Positions 55,007 through 63,069 of a stretch of DNA of 64,000 nucleotides are shown here, in pieces. Each line of letters starts with the position of its first letter. Positions within the stretch are counted from its first letter, which is position 1. The translations under genes and the position numbers were made by a program. The DNA comes from a virus, in IMG/VR virus record IMGVR_UViG_3300029362_000002. One strand, 5' to 3'. Below the pieces are notes generated by a model. It did no database searches. It saw only the letters and a program-made list of their open reading frames with translations, and was not told the DNA's origin.

Positions 55007-55289
55007 AGGATGGGAAGAAAGCGGGAAAAACTGGGATGATTTTTGCAAGCCTGGAGAGCTGGTGGACGAAGATATCTACTGGTACTTCTTGAATATTTTG
55101 CCACCGAGAAATATGGGAGCAGGATATCTGCAGGTAGGAGAACCTTACGACAGTAGATTAAACCCGAAGACAGGAAAATATATGGCAACCTATTCTACAT
55201 TCGTGAAAGTAGGGGATAAGGTATGGAAATATTGCGGAAATTGTTTCCCAGGAGAAAGCGTTGATATTGAAAGCGAGGACAAGAGATGA
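54960..55289 (+). CDS. Hypothetical protein (start uncertain)
   Basis: Co-oriented; overlaps its neighbours. Confidence 0.4.
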   Translation: MQRMSEEKQKEIKTLKGWEESGKNWDDFCKPGELVDEDIYWYFLNILPPRNMGAGYLQVGEPYDSRLNPKTGKYMATYSTFVKVGDKVWKYCGNCFPGESVDIESEDKR

Positions 55290-55537
55290 TTGTTGGTTAT
55301 TGCATCCTTAATGGAAAAAAGTGGGTCATGTTCGAGGACAAACAGTGTGCAGCTGGAGAAGTAAAGTTGACCGATGGATTCAAGGATAAGCTGATCCGTT
55401 GGAACAGCGATAAGCTGATCGGAATGGAAAGCATCAGCAAGGAAGAGATTGATCTGAGAAAAGTCGTGAAGCGCATGAGAGGAGCTAGGCCTTGGCATCC
55501 TCTTCTGCAGGCTTTGAGAAAGGAGCTGGAAGGATGA
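55286..55537 (+). CDS. Hypothetical protein
   Basis: 4-nt overlaps. Confidence 0.4.
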   Translation: MIVGYCILNGKKWVMFEDKQCAAGEVKLTDGFKDKLIRWNSDKLIGMESISKEEIDLRKVVKRMRGARPWHPLLQALRKELEG

Positions 55538-56208
55538 ACGAAATTAAGATCACGCCGGAAGAAATCGGAAAGGCCGCAGAGCTTATCCGAAAAGTAGCAG
55601 AGGGAACAACGCAACCTGCAGAGCCGCTTACCAGTTGGGAAATCGCAAAAATTTTCCAGAGTACGCACACGAGAATTTTCAATCGGATTTCTCGGTTTTA
55701 CAATGCAGAAGCGTCCGAAGACGAAAAGAAGGAGTTCGAGATTGCGTACAGACCGTATAGAAACCAGAGAAAACATCCAATCTGGAAACTGAGTGAAAAA
55801 GGCTGCCAGCTTTACATTGAAAAGATATGTGCCGAGGAAAAACGTAGTAAGGCTTTCGTGGAAGGACTTGGGAAATTTAATGATTTAATCGCACAGCATT
55901 TCCATGGAGTAAAAACGCAGGAAAATATCCTGATGAAGGGAAGATCCAGAACAGAGTGCAGTTACATAAAGAATCTGTTCGACCAGTTTATCGAAGGCCC
56001 GGCAATCGAGAATAGAGAAATCGAAGAGCTTGGGGCAAAATACGAAGAGTTTTATAAGGCAATGGGCGGGCTGAATGATGATGTAGCAGCCAAAAGAAAA
56101 GTAGAGGACTCGGTAATGGGAGTTGCAATCGAGGCAGAAATGCAGGGATTTATCTATGGATTCAAAGTATTTGAGATACTTTTGAATAGAGAATTAGCCA
56201 CAGCATAG
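55534..56208 (+). CDS. Rha-like phage regulatory protein
   Basis: TSWEIAKIFQSTHTRIFNRISRF resembles the Rha N-terminal HTH. The ATG at 55534 follows AAAGGAGCTGGAAGG. Confidence 0.45.
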   Translation: MNEIKITPEEIGKAAELIRKVAEGTTQPAEPLTSWEIAKIFQSTHTRIFNRISRFYNAEASEDEKKEFEIAYRPYRNQRKHPIWKLSEKGCQLYIEKICAEEKRSKAFVEGLGKFNDLIAQHFHGVKTQENILMKGRSRTECSYIKNLFDQFIEGPAIENREIEELGAKYEEFYKAMGGLNDDVAAKRKVEDSVMGVAIEAEMQGFIYGFKVFEILLNRELATA

Positions 56209-56220
56209 GAGGAAAAGAAC

Positions 56221-57363
56221 ATGGCAAAAGCAAAGTTTATGAATGGTGAGTTTTCAGCAAAGTTTAAAGGAAAGAGAAGATTCGTTGCAGAGCAGATGGA
56301 AGCAATTAAGGATTATGCGGCAAGAGATGATATGCAGATCAATATTTGTCCGGTAATCCAGGAGAGACCTTCTGGAAAAAAGAATACTGAGGAGCAGATC
56401 ACACCAACCCATTTCATCAGCGGAAACCTGGAACACGCAGTAGTGGCAATTTACGACAATGCCGGCATCCCGTCATTCATGCACAGATTCCGCAAGGTGA
56501 CAAATAAGGAGCTGTTCGGTGGAAGCGATAAAACAAATGCAGCGTTTATCATTGGAGATGAAGAATACGATGAAATTTACATTTCTGTCTATGAGAACTG
56601 CGAAATTAACGGAAAGCCTTATAGCCTGCCAATGCAGAAGCCATGGACAGGAATTACCAATGATGAGGCGGCGAGAGCTTGTTTTTCAAAGGGAGAGGGA
56701 TGGCATCTTATGACAAGAGCTGAATGGGGATTACTTGCGAACCTCAGCTTGAAAAATGGTACTTTGCCACATGGCAACACGAACTATGGAAAGTACCATG
56801 CAAACCCGGAAGAACATGGAGAGTCAGCAGGAGAATCCGGAAAGACCAAAACCGGATCAGGACCGGCAACATGGACCCACGATCATACATTGGAAGGCGT
56901 TCACGATCTGTCCGGAAACGTATGGGAAATGGTAAGAGGCCTGAGAATAAAAGACGGACAGCTGGAGATGGTAAAGAATAACGATGCAGCATTGGATATT
57001 GATCTTACCCTTGAAGGAGATAACTGGGAACCGGTAAGAGATGATTCCGGAAAGTCTATTAGAGTAAGCGTTTCCGATGGCGGTATCAAATTCCTTGCTG
57101 AAAGTGATCACGAAGAGGGATACGATGGATGTAGATGGGAAGATGTTAATATTGATTGCGAGAGCGAAACACTGAAAGAGCTGGCTCTGTATCCTGGAGA
57201 GCCGGAAGCCTACTGCTATATTGATAGCACTGAGGGAGAATATTTGCCGATCTGCGGGGGCAGCTGGTACAGCGCTTCCAGTGCTGGCGTGTTCCGCGTG
57301 CACCTGAGCAACCCTCGGACTAACGCCCGCTGGCTACCTCGGTTTCCGCTCCGCTTATTTTAG
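56221..57363 (+). CDS. DGR variable protein 2 (remote target, full-length paralogue of target 1; C-terminus frameshifted by a 1-nt insertion in VR2)
   Basis: Homologous to 39799..40845 over most of its length (GIPSFM.., GWHLMTRAEW, GNVWEMV). The 3' end matches TR. Ends ...NARWLPRFPLRLF instead of a ..GYLGFRSA..-type end. Confidence 0.8.
   Translation: MAKAKFMNGEFSAKFKGKRRFVAEQMEAIKDYAARDDMQINICPVIQERPSGKKNTEEQITPTHFISGNLEHAVVAIYDNAGIPSFMHRFRKVTNKELFGGSDKTNAAFIIGDEEYDEIYISVYENCEINGKPYSLPMQKPWTGITNDEAARACFSKGEGWHLMTRAEWGLLANLSLKNGTLPHGNTNYGKYHANPEEHGESAGESGKTKTGSGPATWTHDHTLEGVHDLSGNVWEMVRGLRIKDGQLEMVKNNDAALDIDLTLEGDNWEPVRDDSGKSIRVSVSDGGIKFLAESDHEEGYDGCRWEDVNIDCESETLKELALYPGEPEAYCYIDSTEGEYLPICGGSWYSASSAGVFRVHLSNPRTNARWLPRFPLRLF
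57243..57357 (+). repeat. DGR variable region VR2
   Basis: Matches TR 41371-41483. I counted 13 A-to-N differences plus one extra T at 57331. Confidence 0.85.
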
Positions 57364-57389
57364 AAAACTGAAAACTGAGTAACTGATAT

Positions 57390-57407
57390 GGCGGCTGGAA
57401 AGCCGCC
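57390..57407 (+). promoter_or_regulatory. GC hairpin downstream of VR2
   Basis: GGCGGC-TGGAAA-GCCGCC lies 33 nt after the end of VR2 and follows AAACTGA AAACTGA G TAACTGA repeats. Confidence 0.6.
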
Positions 57408-57436
57408 GTTCATATATGAGAATGAGGAGAAAAGCC

Positions 57437-58792
57437 ATGGAAGAAAGAAGAGATATAGTTTATATCGGAATAGATCACATCCATACGCACCCGGAGAATC
57501 CAAGAAAGGATCTCGGAGATTTGACGGAGCTGGCAGAATCGATGAAAAAACAGGGGTGTTTACAGAATTTAACGGTTGTTCCGGTAGAAGAACAGCCTGG
57601 AGAGTATTATGCGTTGATTGGGAACCGCCGGCATGGAGCATCAAAGTTAGCAGGCCTGGAAGAATTGCCATGCAGGATCGCTGAAGGATTAAGCCGAAAA
57701 GAACAGTTGTCAATCATGCTGGAAGAAAATATGCAGCGCAGCGATTTGACAATTTATGAGCAGGCCCAGGGATTTCAGCTTATGCTTGATTTGGGAGATA
57801 CCGAGGAACAAATTGCTGAGAAAACTGGATTCAGCAAGACTACCATTCGCCGTAGGTTAAATATTGCGAAGCTAAACCAGGATGAACTTAAAAAGAAGGA
57901 GCAGGATGAAAATTTTCAGTTAACGCTGAAGGATTTATACGAACTGGAAAAAGTGAAAGATATTAAGACGAGGGATAAAATTCTCAGAGAAGCAACCAGT
58001 TCAAGAGACTTGGTGAGCAGAGCGCAAGCAGCTGCAGCAGAAGCTAAACGAAATGAAAATGCAAAAAAACTGAAAGAGATGTTGAAGAAGAAAGGCATTA
58101 AGGCTGCCCCGAAGTCAGCAGAAAATGAAATTTGGAGCGGAAAATGGAATACTATTAAGGAGTATGAGTTAGACAAAGACGTTCCGGAGCAGATCAAACT
58201 TCCAAAGACAGAAGAAGAAAAATTTTTCTTAGTATATTATCGTAGCTTGAGAATTATTACAAAAATTCCAAAAGGAAAGAAAGAACTTTCACCTTGGGAA
58301 AAAGAGCAAAAGGAAAAGGATCAGGCAAAAAGGAAAATCAAAGCGATATTAAAAGAAAGCAGTGCCAGAAGAAAAGAATTTCTGGAGAATATTATTTCGG
58401 GGAAAATCAGCCCGGTTAAAGATGAATCTGAAGTAAAAGAAAAGATATGGGAAGCTATGATGGCACTTGGCAGTTACATTTATGCAAGCACAGTGCGAGA
58501 TTTCTATTTGAAAAAGAGCTACTATGAATCTTCACCAGAAGAGAAAAAAGCAGCAGATGAGTCAGCGGGAAAACTTAGTTCCTTACATCAGATGATGATT
58601 ATTTTGCACAATTCAATGAAAATTTGCAACGAACCGTATGATTACAACTTGGTCTTTAATAAAAACAAAGGAGACGCACTCTTGAAAGGATATGAGGTGT
58701 TTGAGCCGTATGGTTGGTATTTTGAAGATGAAAAGGAACGTCAGGTGCTGGATGGAACATCTGAACTGTACAGAAAGGAGAAGAAAGAGTGA
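57437..58792 (+). CDS. ParB/Noc-like N-terminal-domain DNA-binding protein (second ParB-like gene)
   Basis: IDHIHTHPENPRK ... LIGNRRHGASKLAG motifs. The ATG at 57437 lies 7 nt after GAGGAG. Confidence 0.65.
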   Translation: MEERRDIVYIGIDHIHTHPENPRKDLGDLTELAESMKKQGCLQNLTVVPVEEQPGEYYALIGNRRHGASKLAGLEELPCRIAEGLSRKEQLSIMLEENMQRSDLTIYEQAQGFQLMLDLGDTEEQIAEKTGFSKTTIRRRLNIAKLNQDELKKKEQDENFQLTLKDLYELEKVKDIKTRDKILREATSSRDLVSRAQAAAAEAKRNENAKKLKEMLKKKGIKAAPKSAENEIWSGKWNTIKEYELDKDVPEQIKLPKTEEEKFFLVYYRSLRIITKIPKGKKELSPWEKEQKEKDQAKRKIKAILKESSARRKEFLENIISGKISPVKDESEVKEKIWEAMMALGSYIYASTVRDFYLKKSYYESSPEEKKAADESAGKLSSLHQMMIILHNSMKICNEPYDYNLVFNKNKGDALLKGYEVFEPYGWYFEDEKERQVLDGTSELYRKEKKE

Positions 58793-59271
58793 GCAGAAGA
58801 CCAGAGATAACAGCTACGTTGTCTCTGGCACTTGAAAAGAAAATCAATCCGTACAATGATCCACGGATATACTGGGCTAAGGAAGTGACATTTGATTACT
58901 CCACAAACCATGCAGTCAGAGTTGATTATATGAGATATAAGCCGGTTAATAATACTGTGTCCGGAATAGAAAAAGGAGACTTTTACTGTTATGAAGTGAA
59001 ATCATCTGTAGAGGATTTTCGCTCGGGGCATGGCTTGAATTTCCTCGGAGATTATAATTACCTGGTAATGCCGGAGAAGATTTACGCAACGATTTCATTG
59101 GAGGTCCCACACTACGTTGGTGTATATGTTTTGGATGGAACAGAATTAACCTGCATAAAGAAAGCCAAGAGACATGATCGGAGCAGACCAGTATCAGAAA
59201 TGCTGCTTATGATGTTTAGATCAGCAGCAAGAGACAGGAGGCGGATATGCAGTGAAATTACGCAGGAATAA
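58789..59271 (+). CDS. MmcB-like PD-(D/E)XK-fold protein
   Basis: FYCYEVKSSVEDFRSGHGLNFLGDYNYLVMP pattern recalled from the MmcB family. Confidence 0.45.
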   Translation: MSRRPEITATLSLALEKKINPYNDPRIYWAKEVTFDYSTNHAVRVDYMRYKPVNNTVSGIEKGDFYCYEVKSSVEDFRSGHGLNFLGDYNYLVMPEKIYATISLEVPHYVGVYVLDGTELTCIKKAKRHDRSRPVSEMLLMMFRSAARDRRRICSEITQE

Positions 59272-59278
59272 TGAATAT

Positions 59279-59692
59279 ATGTTTCAAGTTGTAGAGTGCA
59301 ATACTTATATGAAAAGAATTAAGGACGGAAAATATATCCGGCACTCTGAACAATACTCCGATGTTTATTACTATGTTGACGAAAATGCTGAAGAAAAGGA
59401 AAGAAAAGTAGAACCGGAAGAATGGGGCGGTAGCGATTTCGTAAAAACATATTACGAGGCAGTGGAGAAGAGATTTGTAGGCGTTGTCATAGGTATGAAG
59501 CTTATTACGCTGAAAGCAGAATTGTTTTGTGATAGTGCTTGCAGGCCAGATGGAGTAGAAGTTGATTTTGTAAACCGAAATGATATAGAGCAGAAAAAGG
59601 TTGCCATTGTAGCATATGGGTGCAATAAAACAAGGCTTGTTCCGTTGGAACAGTTAAAGATCATAAGGAAAGTAGAGGAAGGCGAGACATGA
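59279..59692 (+). CDS. Hypothetical protein (start uncertain)
   Basis: In-frame ATG just past the upstream stop. Confidence 0.4.
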   Translation: MFQVVECNTYMKRIKDGKYIRHSEQYSDVYYYVDENAEEKERKVEPEEWGGSDFVKTYYEAVEKRFVGVVIGMKLITLKAELFCDSACRPDGVEVDFVNRNDIEQKKVAIVAYGCNKTRLVPLEQLKIIRKVEEGET

Positions 59693-59928
59693 AAACAGGT
59701 AAATATACGAAAGATGGAAGAGAGATGCAGGTGGGCGATGTTGTACACTTCAGATGCAAAAATCATCCGCTGAGCGGAAAAGGTGTAGTATTCATGGGAA
59801 AGGAAGTAGATGGCTTAGGAGAAGATCCGTTCCGCATCAGAGATACAAGAACCGGAAGAAATAATGGACGGATATACCCTTATTACGATGATGCAGTATA
59901 TCGAATTGACGGAAGAGAGGGTGAGTAG
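59689..59928 (+). CDS. Hypothetical protein
   Basis: 4-nt overlap. Confidence 0.45.
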   Translation: MKTGKYTKDGREMQVGDVVHFRCKNHPLSGKGVVFMGKEVDGLGEDPFRIRDTRTGRNNGRIYPYYDDAVYRIDGREGE

Positions 59929-59930
59929 TC

Positions 59931-60173
59931 ATGGCAAAGCAGATGGTTTTGAACCGAAAGATGTACAAGGAAATTAAGAAAATGGACCACCAGGATATGT
60001 CCAACTACTTGTCGCGGTATTACATGAACGCATATAACCAGGGCAAGGAAGACTCCGAAGGATTGAAGGCAGATGAGCTAAGAGAAATCCTTTTGACAGT
60101 AAAGGGAATCGGACCAGCAAAGGCAGAGAACATTATGGAAGCAGTTGGAAAAGCCCTTGCAGAAAAGGGGTGA
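59931..60173 (+). CDS. Hypothetical protein
   Basis: Tight packing. Confidence 0.45.
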   Translation: MAKQMVLNRKMYKEIKKMDHQDMSNYLSRYYMNAYNQGKEDSEGLKADELREILLTVKGIGPAKAENIMEAVGKALAEKG

Positions 60174-60397
60174 GGGAGATGTGGCAGCGAGGAGTCGAAT
60201 GCGATGGCAAGTGCTATACTGATGAAGGAATATGTCCGAGAGCTGAGTGGTGCGATAAAACCAGGAAAGGTGAGTTTGCGGCAACAGCGCTGGCCGGATT
60301 TTTCTTTTTGGTGGTGCTGGTAATGTTTGTACCAGGAATGATCGCATTAAAATTGCTGGACTGGGTATATGGAAAATTATATTGGAGGGAGAGTTGA
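60170..60397 (+). CDS. Hypothetical membrane protein
   Basis: 4-nt overlap; one TM helix (FFFLVVLVMFVPGMIAL). Confidence 0.45.
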   Translation: MREMWQRGVECDGKCYTDEGICPRAEWCDKTRKGEFAATALAGFFFLVVLVMFVPGMIALKLLDWVYGKLYWRES

Positions 60398-60400
60398 CAA

Positions 60401-60640
60401 ATGGAAGAAAAGAAGGTATGGTTAGAAGTGCCAAGATTTACTGGCGAAAATGTACCGGTGAATGTAGCTGCAAGAGTAATGAAGAAAGATCCTCAGTTTG
60501 TGAGACAGGGAATCATCCAGGGATTACTCACATTTGGAGTAGCTTTCAAGAAAGACGGAAGTAGCCAGTATGATTATTACATATCACCTATGAAATTCTG
60601 GCAGGAAACGGGTTATGTTTATGACGGAATTGAGGTGTAA
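60401..60640 (+). CDS. Putative excisionase-like HTH DNA-binding protein
   Basis: VNVAARVMKKDPQFVRQGIIQGLLTFG ... YYISPMKFWQETG resembles small excisionase/HTH proteins of Firmicutes phages. Last gene before the attP-like region. Confidence 0.45.
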   Translation: MEEKKVWLEVPRFTGENVPVNVAARVMKKDPQFVRQGIIQGLLTFGVAFKKDGSSQYDYYISPMKFWQETGYVYDGIEV

Positions 60641-60680
60641 AATCGGTCTGAGAAGTGCTGAAAAAGTACCAAAATTGGTG

Positions 60681-60944
60681 AATAGGAAACAGGTAGGCAA
60701 CAAAAATGGCGATATGTATTGATTTTGCAGGCATTACTGTTTAGATCGAGGAAGCTGCAGACGCAGGAAAGTTCTAATCAAACCTTTTTAATCAAAGAGT
60801 CAACAAACCTAGAAAGTACCGTAGTTCCAAGGGCTGCGGTACTTTTCTTAGTTTAGATCAAAAAAATGAGAAAGTAATTTGAGACACGGTGAGAAGCCTT
60901 GAAAATGGCAAGATAGGCAACAGGTAGGCAACAAGTAGGCAACA
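60681..60944. promoter_or_regulatory. attP-like region with arm-type repeat clusters
   Basis: TAGGCAACA-containing 11-mers occur at 60692-60702 (with a degenerate copy at 60682-60691) and as three tandem copies at 60912-60944. GTTTAGATC direct repeats at 60739-60747 and 60851-60859. Central hairpin at 60813-60845. Confidence 0.5.
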
Positions 60945-60988
60945 GAGCGAAGGAAACAAAAAGAAGAACCGTTCACAGGAAAAGAAAA

Positions 60989-61011
60989 GCCGCAACCACA
61001 AGGGTTACGGC
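60989..61011 (-). terminator. Terminator hairpin overlapping the integrase stop codon
   Basis: GCCGCAACC-ACAAG-GGTTACGGC (one mismatch). On the minus strand it is followed by CTTTTCTTTTCC. Confidence 0.55.
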
Positions 61012-62153
61012 ATTTTTTCTATCTCGGCTCTGAGCCATTCAATATCACGGATTGTATAGACCGCCTCGGTTACGTCTGTGATCTTGTGACCGGCAAGACG
61101 TTTCACAACGTACTCATCTACGCCCGCCTTTTTCGCCATCGTAATGAATGTTGTTCGGGGATCATGCGGCCGATGTTCGGAACGAAGGTGCAGTGCGGCA
61201 ACGACCTTGTTAAAGCGCCCAGCGTATTTGTCATAGGTTATTCTCATACCGCCCTTGGCAGCCTCCGGATCATTAAAGAGGCGGTCACTTCCAAGAGAAA
61301 CTGCTTCGTCATAATTTCTTTTTACCAGGTCCCGAATACGAGTGTGGATCGGGACGGTACGGTGCTTGCCAGCCTCGGTCTTCATACCGCCGGTAATACA
61401 CCACTTTTCCAAGTCAACGTCTTTTAATTCCAAGAGCCCCATTTCTTGGGGACGCCATCCCATATAACACTGTATAAGCAACCAGTCGGCGAATTTAATG
61501 TTGCCAACAGTATTCCAAAGGGCTTCCATCTCAGAATCATTGAAGTTAATATGGCCACGCTTTGCATCTTCCTTTTCTTTGATGATGTCATTTGAAAGCT
61601 CAAAGGTACGAGCATAGTTTTTCGAGACAAGATCATATTCCATGGCATAGTCCAGCATTAGGTTGAACATGGATTTTATTCTGGATTTCGTTCCCGGAGA
61701 TGCAGGCACTTTAGCCCCGGCGTCCTTGCCCCGGTTTTGAATTACATATCCGTCTTCCATGATTCCTTTTATGTGTCGAGCACGCAGATCCTTTACACGC
61801 ATCCCCTGTATGGCGTGGCAATATCTCCAGGCAGCAATGATTGTCCTGGAAGAAGAATCACTTTCGAGGGTAGGAAAGTAAGCTGCCGTCCATCTTTCGT
61901 AAAGCTCGGCCAAGGTCATGTTATCGTTCTGAATGTCGTAGGGATTAGCTCCGTACTCAGCTAAAGCCTGCAGAGCATCTTTTTTAGTCTTAAAGGTTCC
62001 GATAGGAACTCTGTTCTGTACTGCTTTTCCGGTTTCTTCATTTATGACCCAGCCGAGGGTTACTCTGGCCAGATATGGCTTACGCCGGTTTCCGGATAAT
62101 TTAGTTACGCTTCCATAACCGTTCGGTAATTTCAATAGATCATCTCCTGTCAC
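61005..62153 (-). CDS. int: Tyrosine recombinase (phage integrase)
   Basis: C-terminal catalytic pattern: R..., HRPHDPRTTF, LAGH, VYTIRD. N-terminal SAM-like domain. 382 aa. Confidence 0.85.
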   Translation of the reverse strand: MTGDDLLKLPNGYGSVTKLSGNRRKPYLARVTLGWVINEETGKAVQNRVPIGTFKTKKDALQALAEYGANPYDIQNDNMTLAELYERWTAAYFPTLESDSSSRTIIAAWRYCHAIQGMRVKDLRARHIKGIMEDGYVIQNRGKDAGAKVPASPGTKSRIKSMFNLMLDYAMEYDLVSKNYARTFELSNDIIKEKEDAKRGHINFNDSEMEALWNTVGNIKFADWLLIQCYMGWRPQEMGLLELKDVDLEKWCITGGMKTEAGKHRTVPIHTRIRDLVKRNYDEAVSLGSDRLFNDPEAAKGGMRITYDKYAGRFNKVVAALHLRSEHRPHDPRTTFITMAKKAGVDEYVVKRLAGHKITDVTEAVYTIRDIEWLRAEIEKMP

Positions 62154-62722
62154 AATGAAATGGTTTCGATAATGCTTCCGAGATTCTGGAAATTTGTTCT
62201 TATCGGCTCCAGAGAAAGGAGAGAGCTTAAAGCTATACTTTTCTGGTTAGGTTTTTGCTGATCCAGAACAGAAGTAGGCAATACATAAAATTCCCAGAGA
62301 TCAAGATTTCTTATGGATTGCTCGCGACTTCTGGCAGTATACAGGCAAAAGACATACAGGTCAGAATGGCGGCTCCGCTCAGGAGAATAACCTGTCTGCG
62401 GATTCCATGCTCGCTTTGGTGCGATGTCAAAAATAATGTGTGAAAAGTAGTCCTCGGTCCAAGATTGAAGGTAAGCGGCAGATTTTACTTCAATCCTTCG
62501 CCCGGAAGGGCTGGTTAGATCATAAGGTGTCCAGTCAGTCCTCAAAATTTCTCGGGGGGGGGGTAAAAATGAGAATGATTTTTTTACGAGAAATTCTGCC
62601 AACACCCCTCGAAGCGTATTGTTAAGCAGATCAGAATAGGCCCAGCTCCAAAATTCAGAGACAGATATTCCAGTATCATTTCCATCGAGAGTAAATTTCT
62701 CATTTCCGTTTAGTAGTTCCAT
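62150..62722 (-). CDS. PD-(D/E)XK-fold-like moron protein containing a C10 homopolymer tract
   Basis: The ATG at 62722 follows GAGGAGGAAACA. YDL...GRRIEVKSAAY (D...ExK) motif. The C10 run (plus-strand G10 at 62554-62563) encodes PPP. Confidence 0.55.
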   Translation of the reverse strand: MELLNGNEKFTLDGNDTGISVSEFWSWAYSDLLNNTLRGVLAEFLVKKSFSFLPPPREILRTDWTPYDLTSPSGRRIEVKSAAYLQSWTEDYFSHIIFDIAPKRAWNPQTGYSPERSRHSDLYVFCLYTARSREQSIRNLDLWEFYVLPTSVLDQQKPNQKSIALSSLLSLEPIRTNFQNLGSIIETISL

Positions 62723-62735
62723 TGTTTCCTCCTCA

Positions 62736-63029
62736 TTAGGTAAGGACAGCCGGCAACTCTCCACTCAGAGATTGAAGCAGAGAGAGTTGACACACTTCAT
62801 CCGAGAGAGGACCGTAAGAGTGAACCATGACAATTAGGGATTCATCAGGTAAAGAGATACGAGCCTGTAACCTTTGAATTTTGGCGGTTGTCCTGTACAA
62901 AGTTTGGGTATCATAGCAATTAAGACTTGCGCAGAATGAAGCAAGGTAAAAAAGAATGGCCGGTGCGTCATGCCCGGCCATCTCTTCTGTTCTTGCAAGT
63001 GCGAAATACTTGGTTGCGTTGTGTTGCAT
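62736..63029 (-). CDS. Hypothetical 97-aa moron protein
   Basis: The ATG at 63029 lies 7 nt after CAGGAGG. The ORF-track start at 63158 overlaps the repressor gene. Confidence 0.45.
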   Translation of the reverse strand: MQHNATKYFALARTEEMAGHDAPAILFYLASFCASLNCYDTQTLYRTTAKIQRLQARISLPDESLIVMVHSYGPLSDEVCQLSLLQSLSGELPAVLT

Positions 63030-63069
63030 AAAGCATCCTCCTGTCAGTACCGAGTTTTGCGATACCAGC

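Noticed and set aside
60641-61004. tRNA or tRNA fragment as the integration target within the attP-like region
   Set aside because: I found no T-loop-like (GGTTCRANYC) or acceptor-stem-like segment by eye, so the attB type cannot be inferred.
62440-62625. + strand 61-aa ORF spanning the G10 tract
   Set aside because: It is antisense to a minus-strand gene that has a strong RBS and sits in an operon. It has no RBS of its own.
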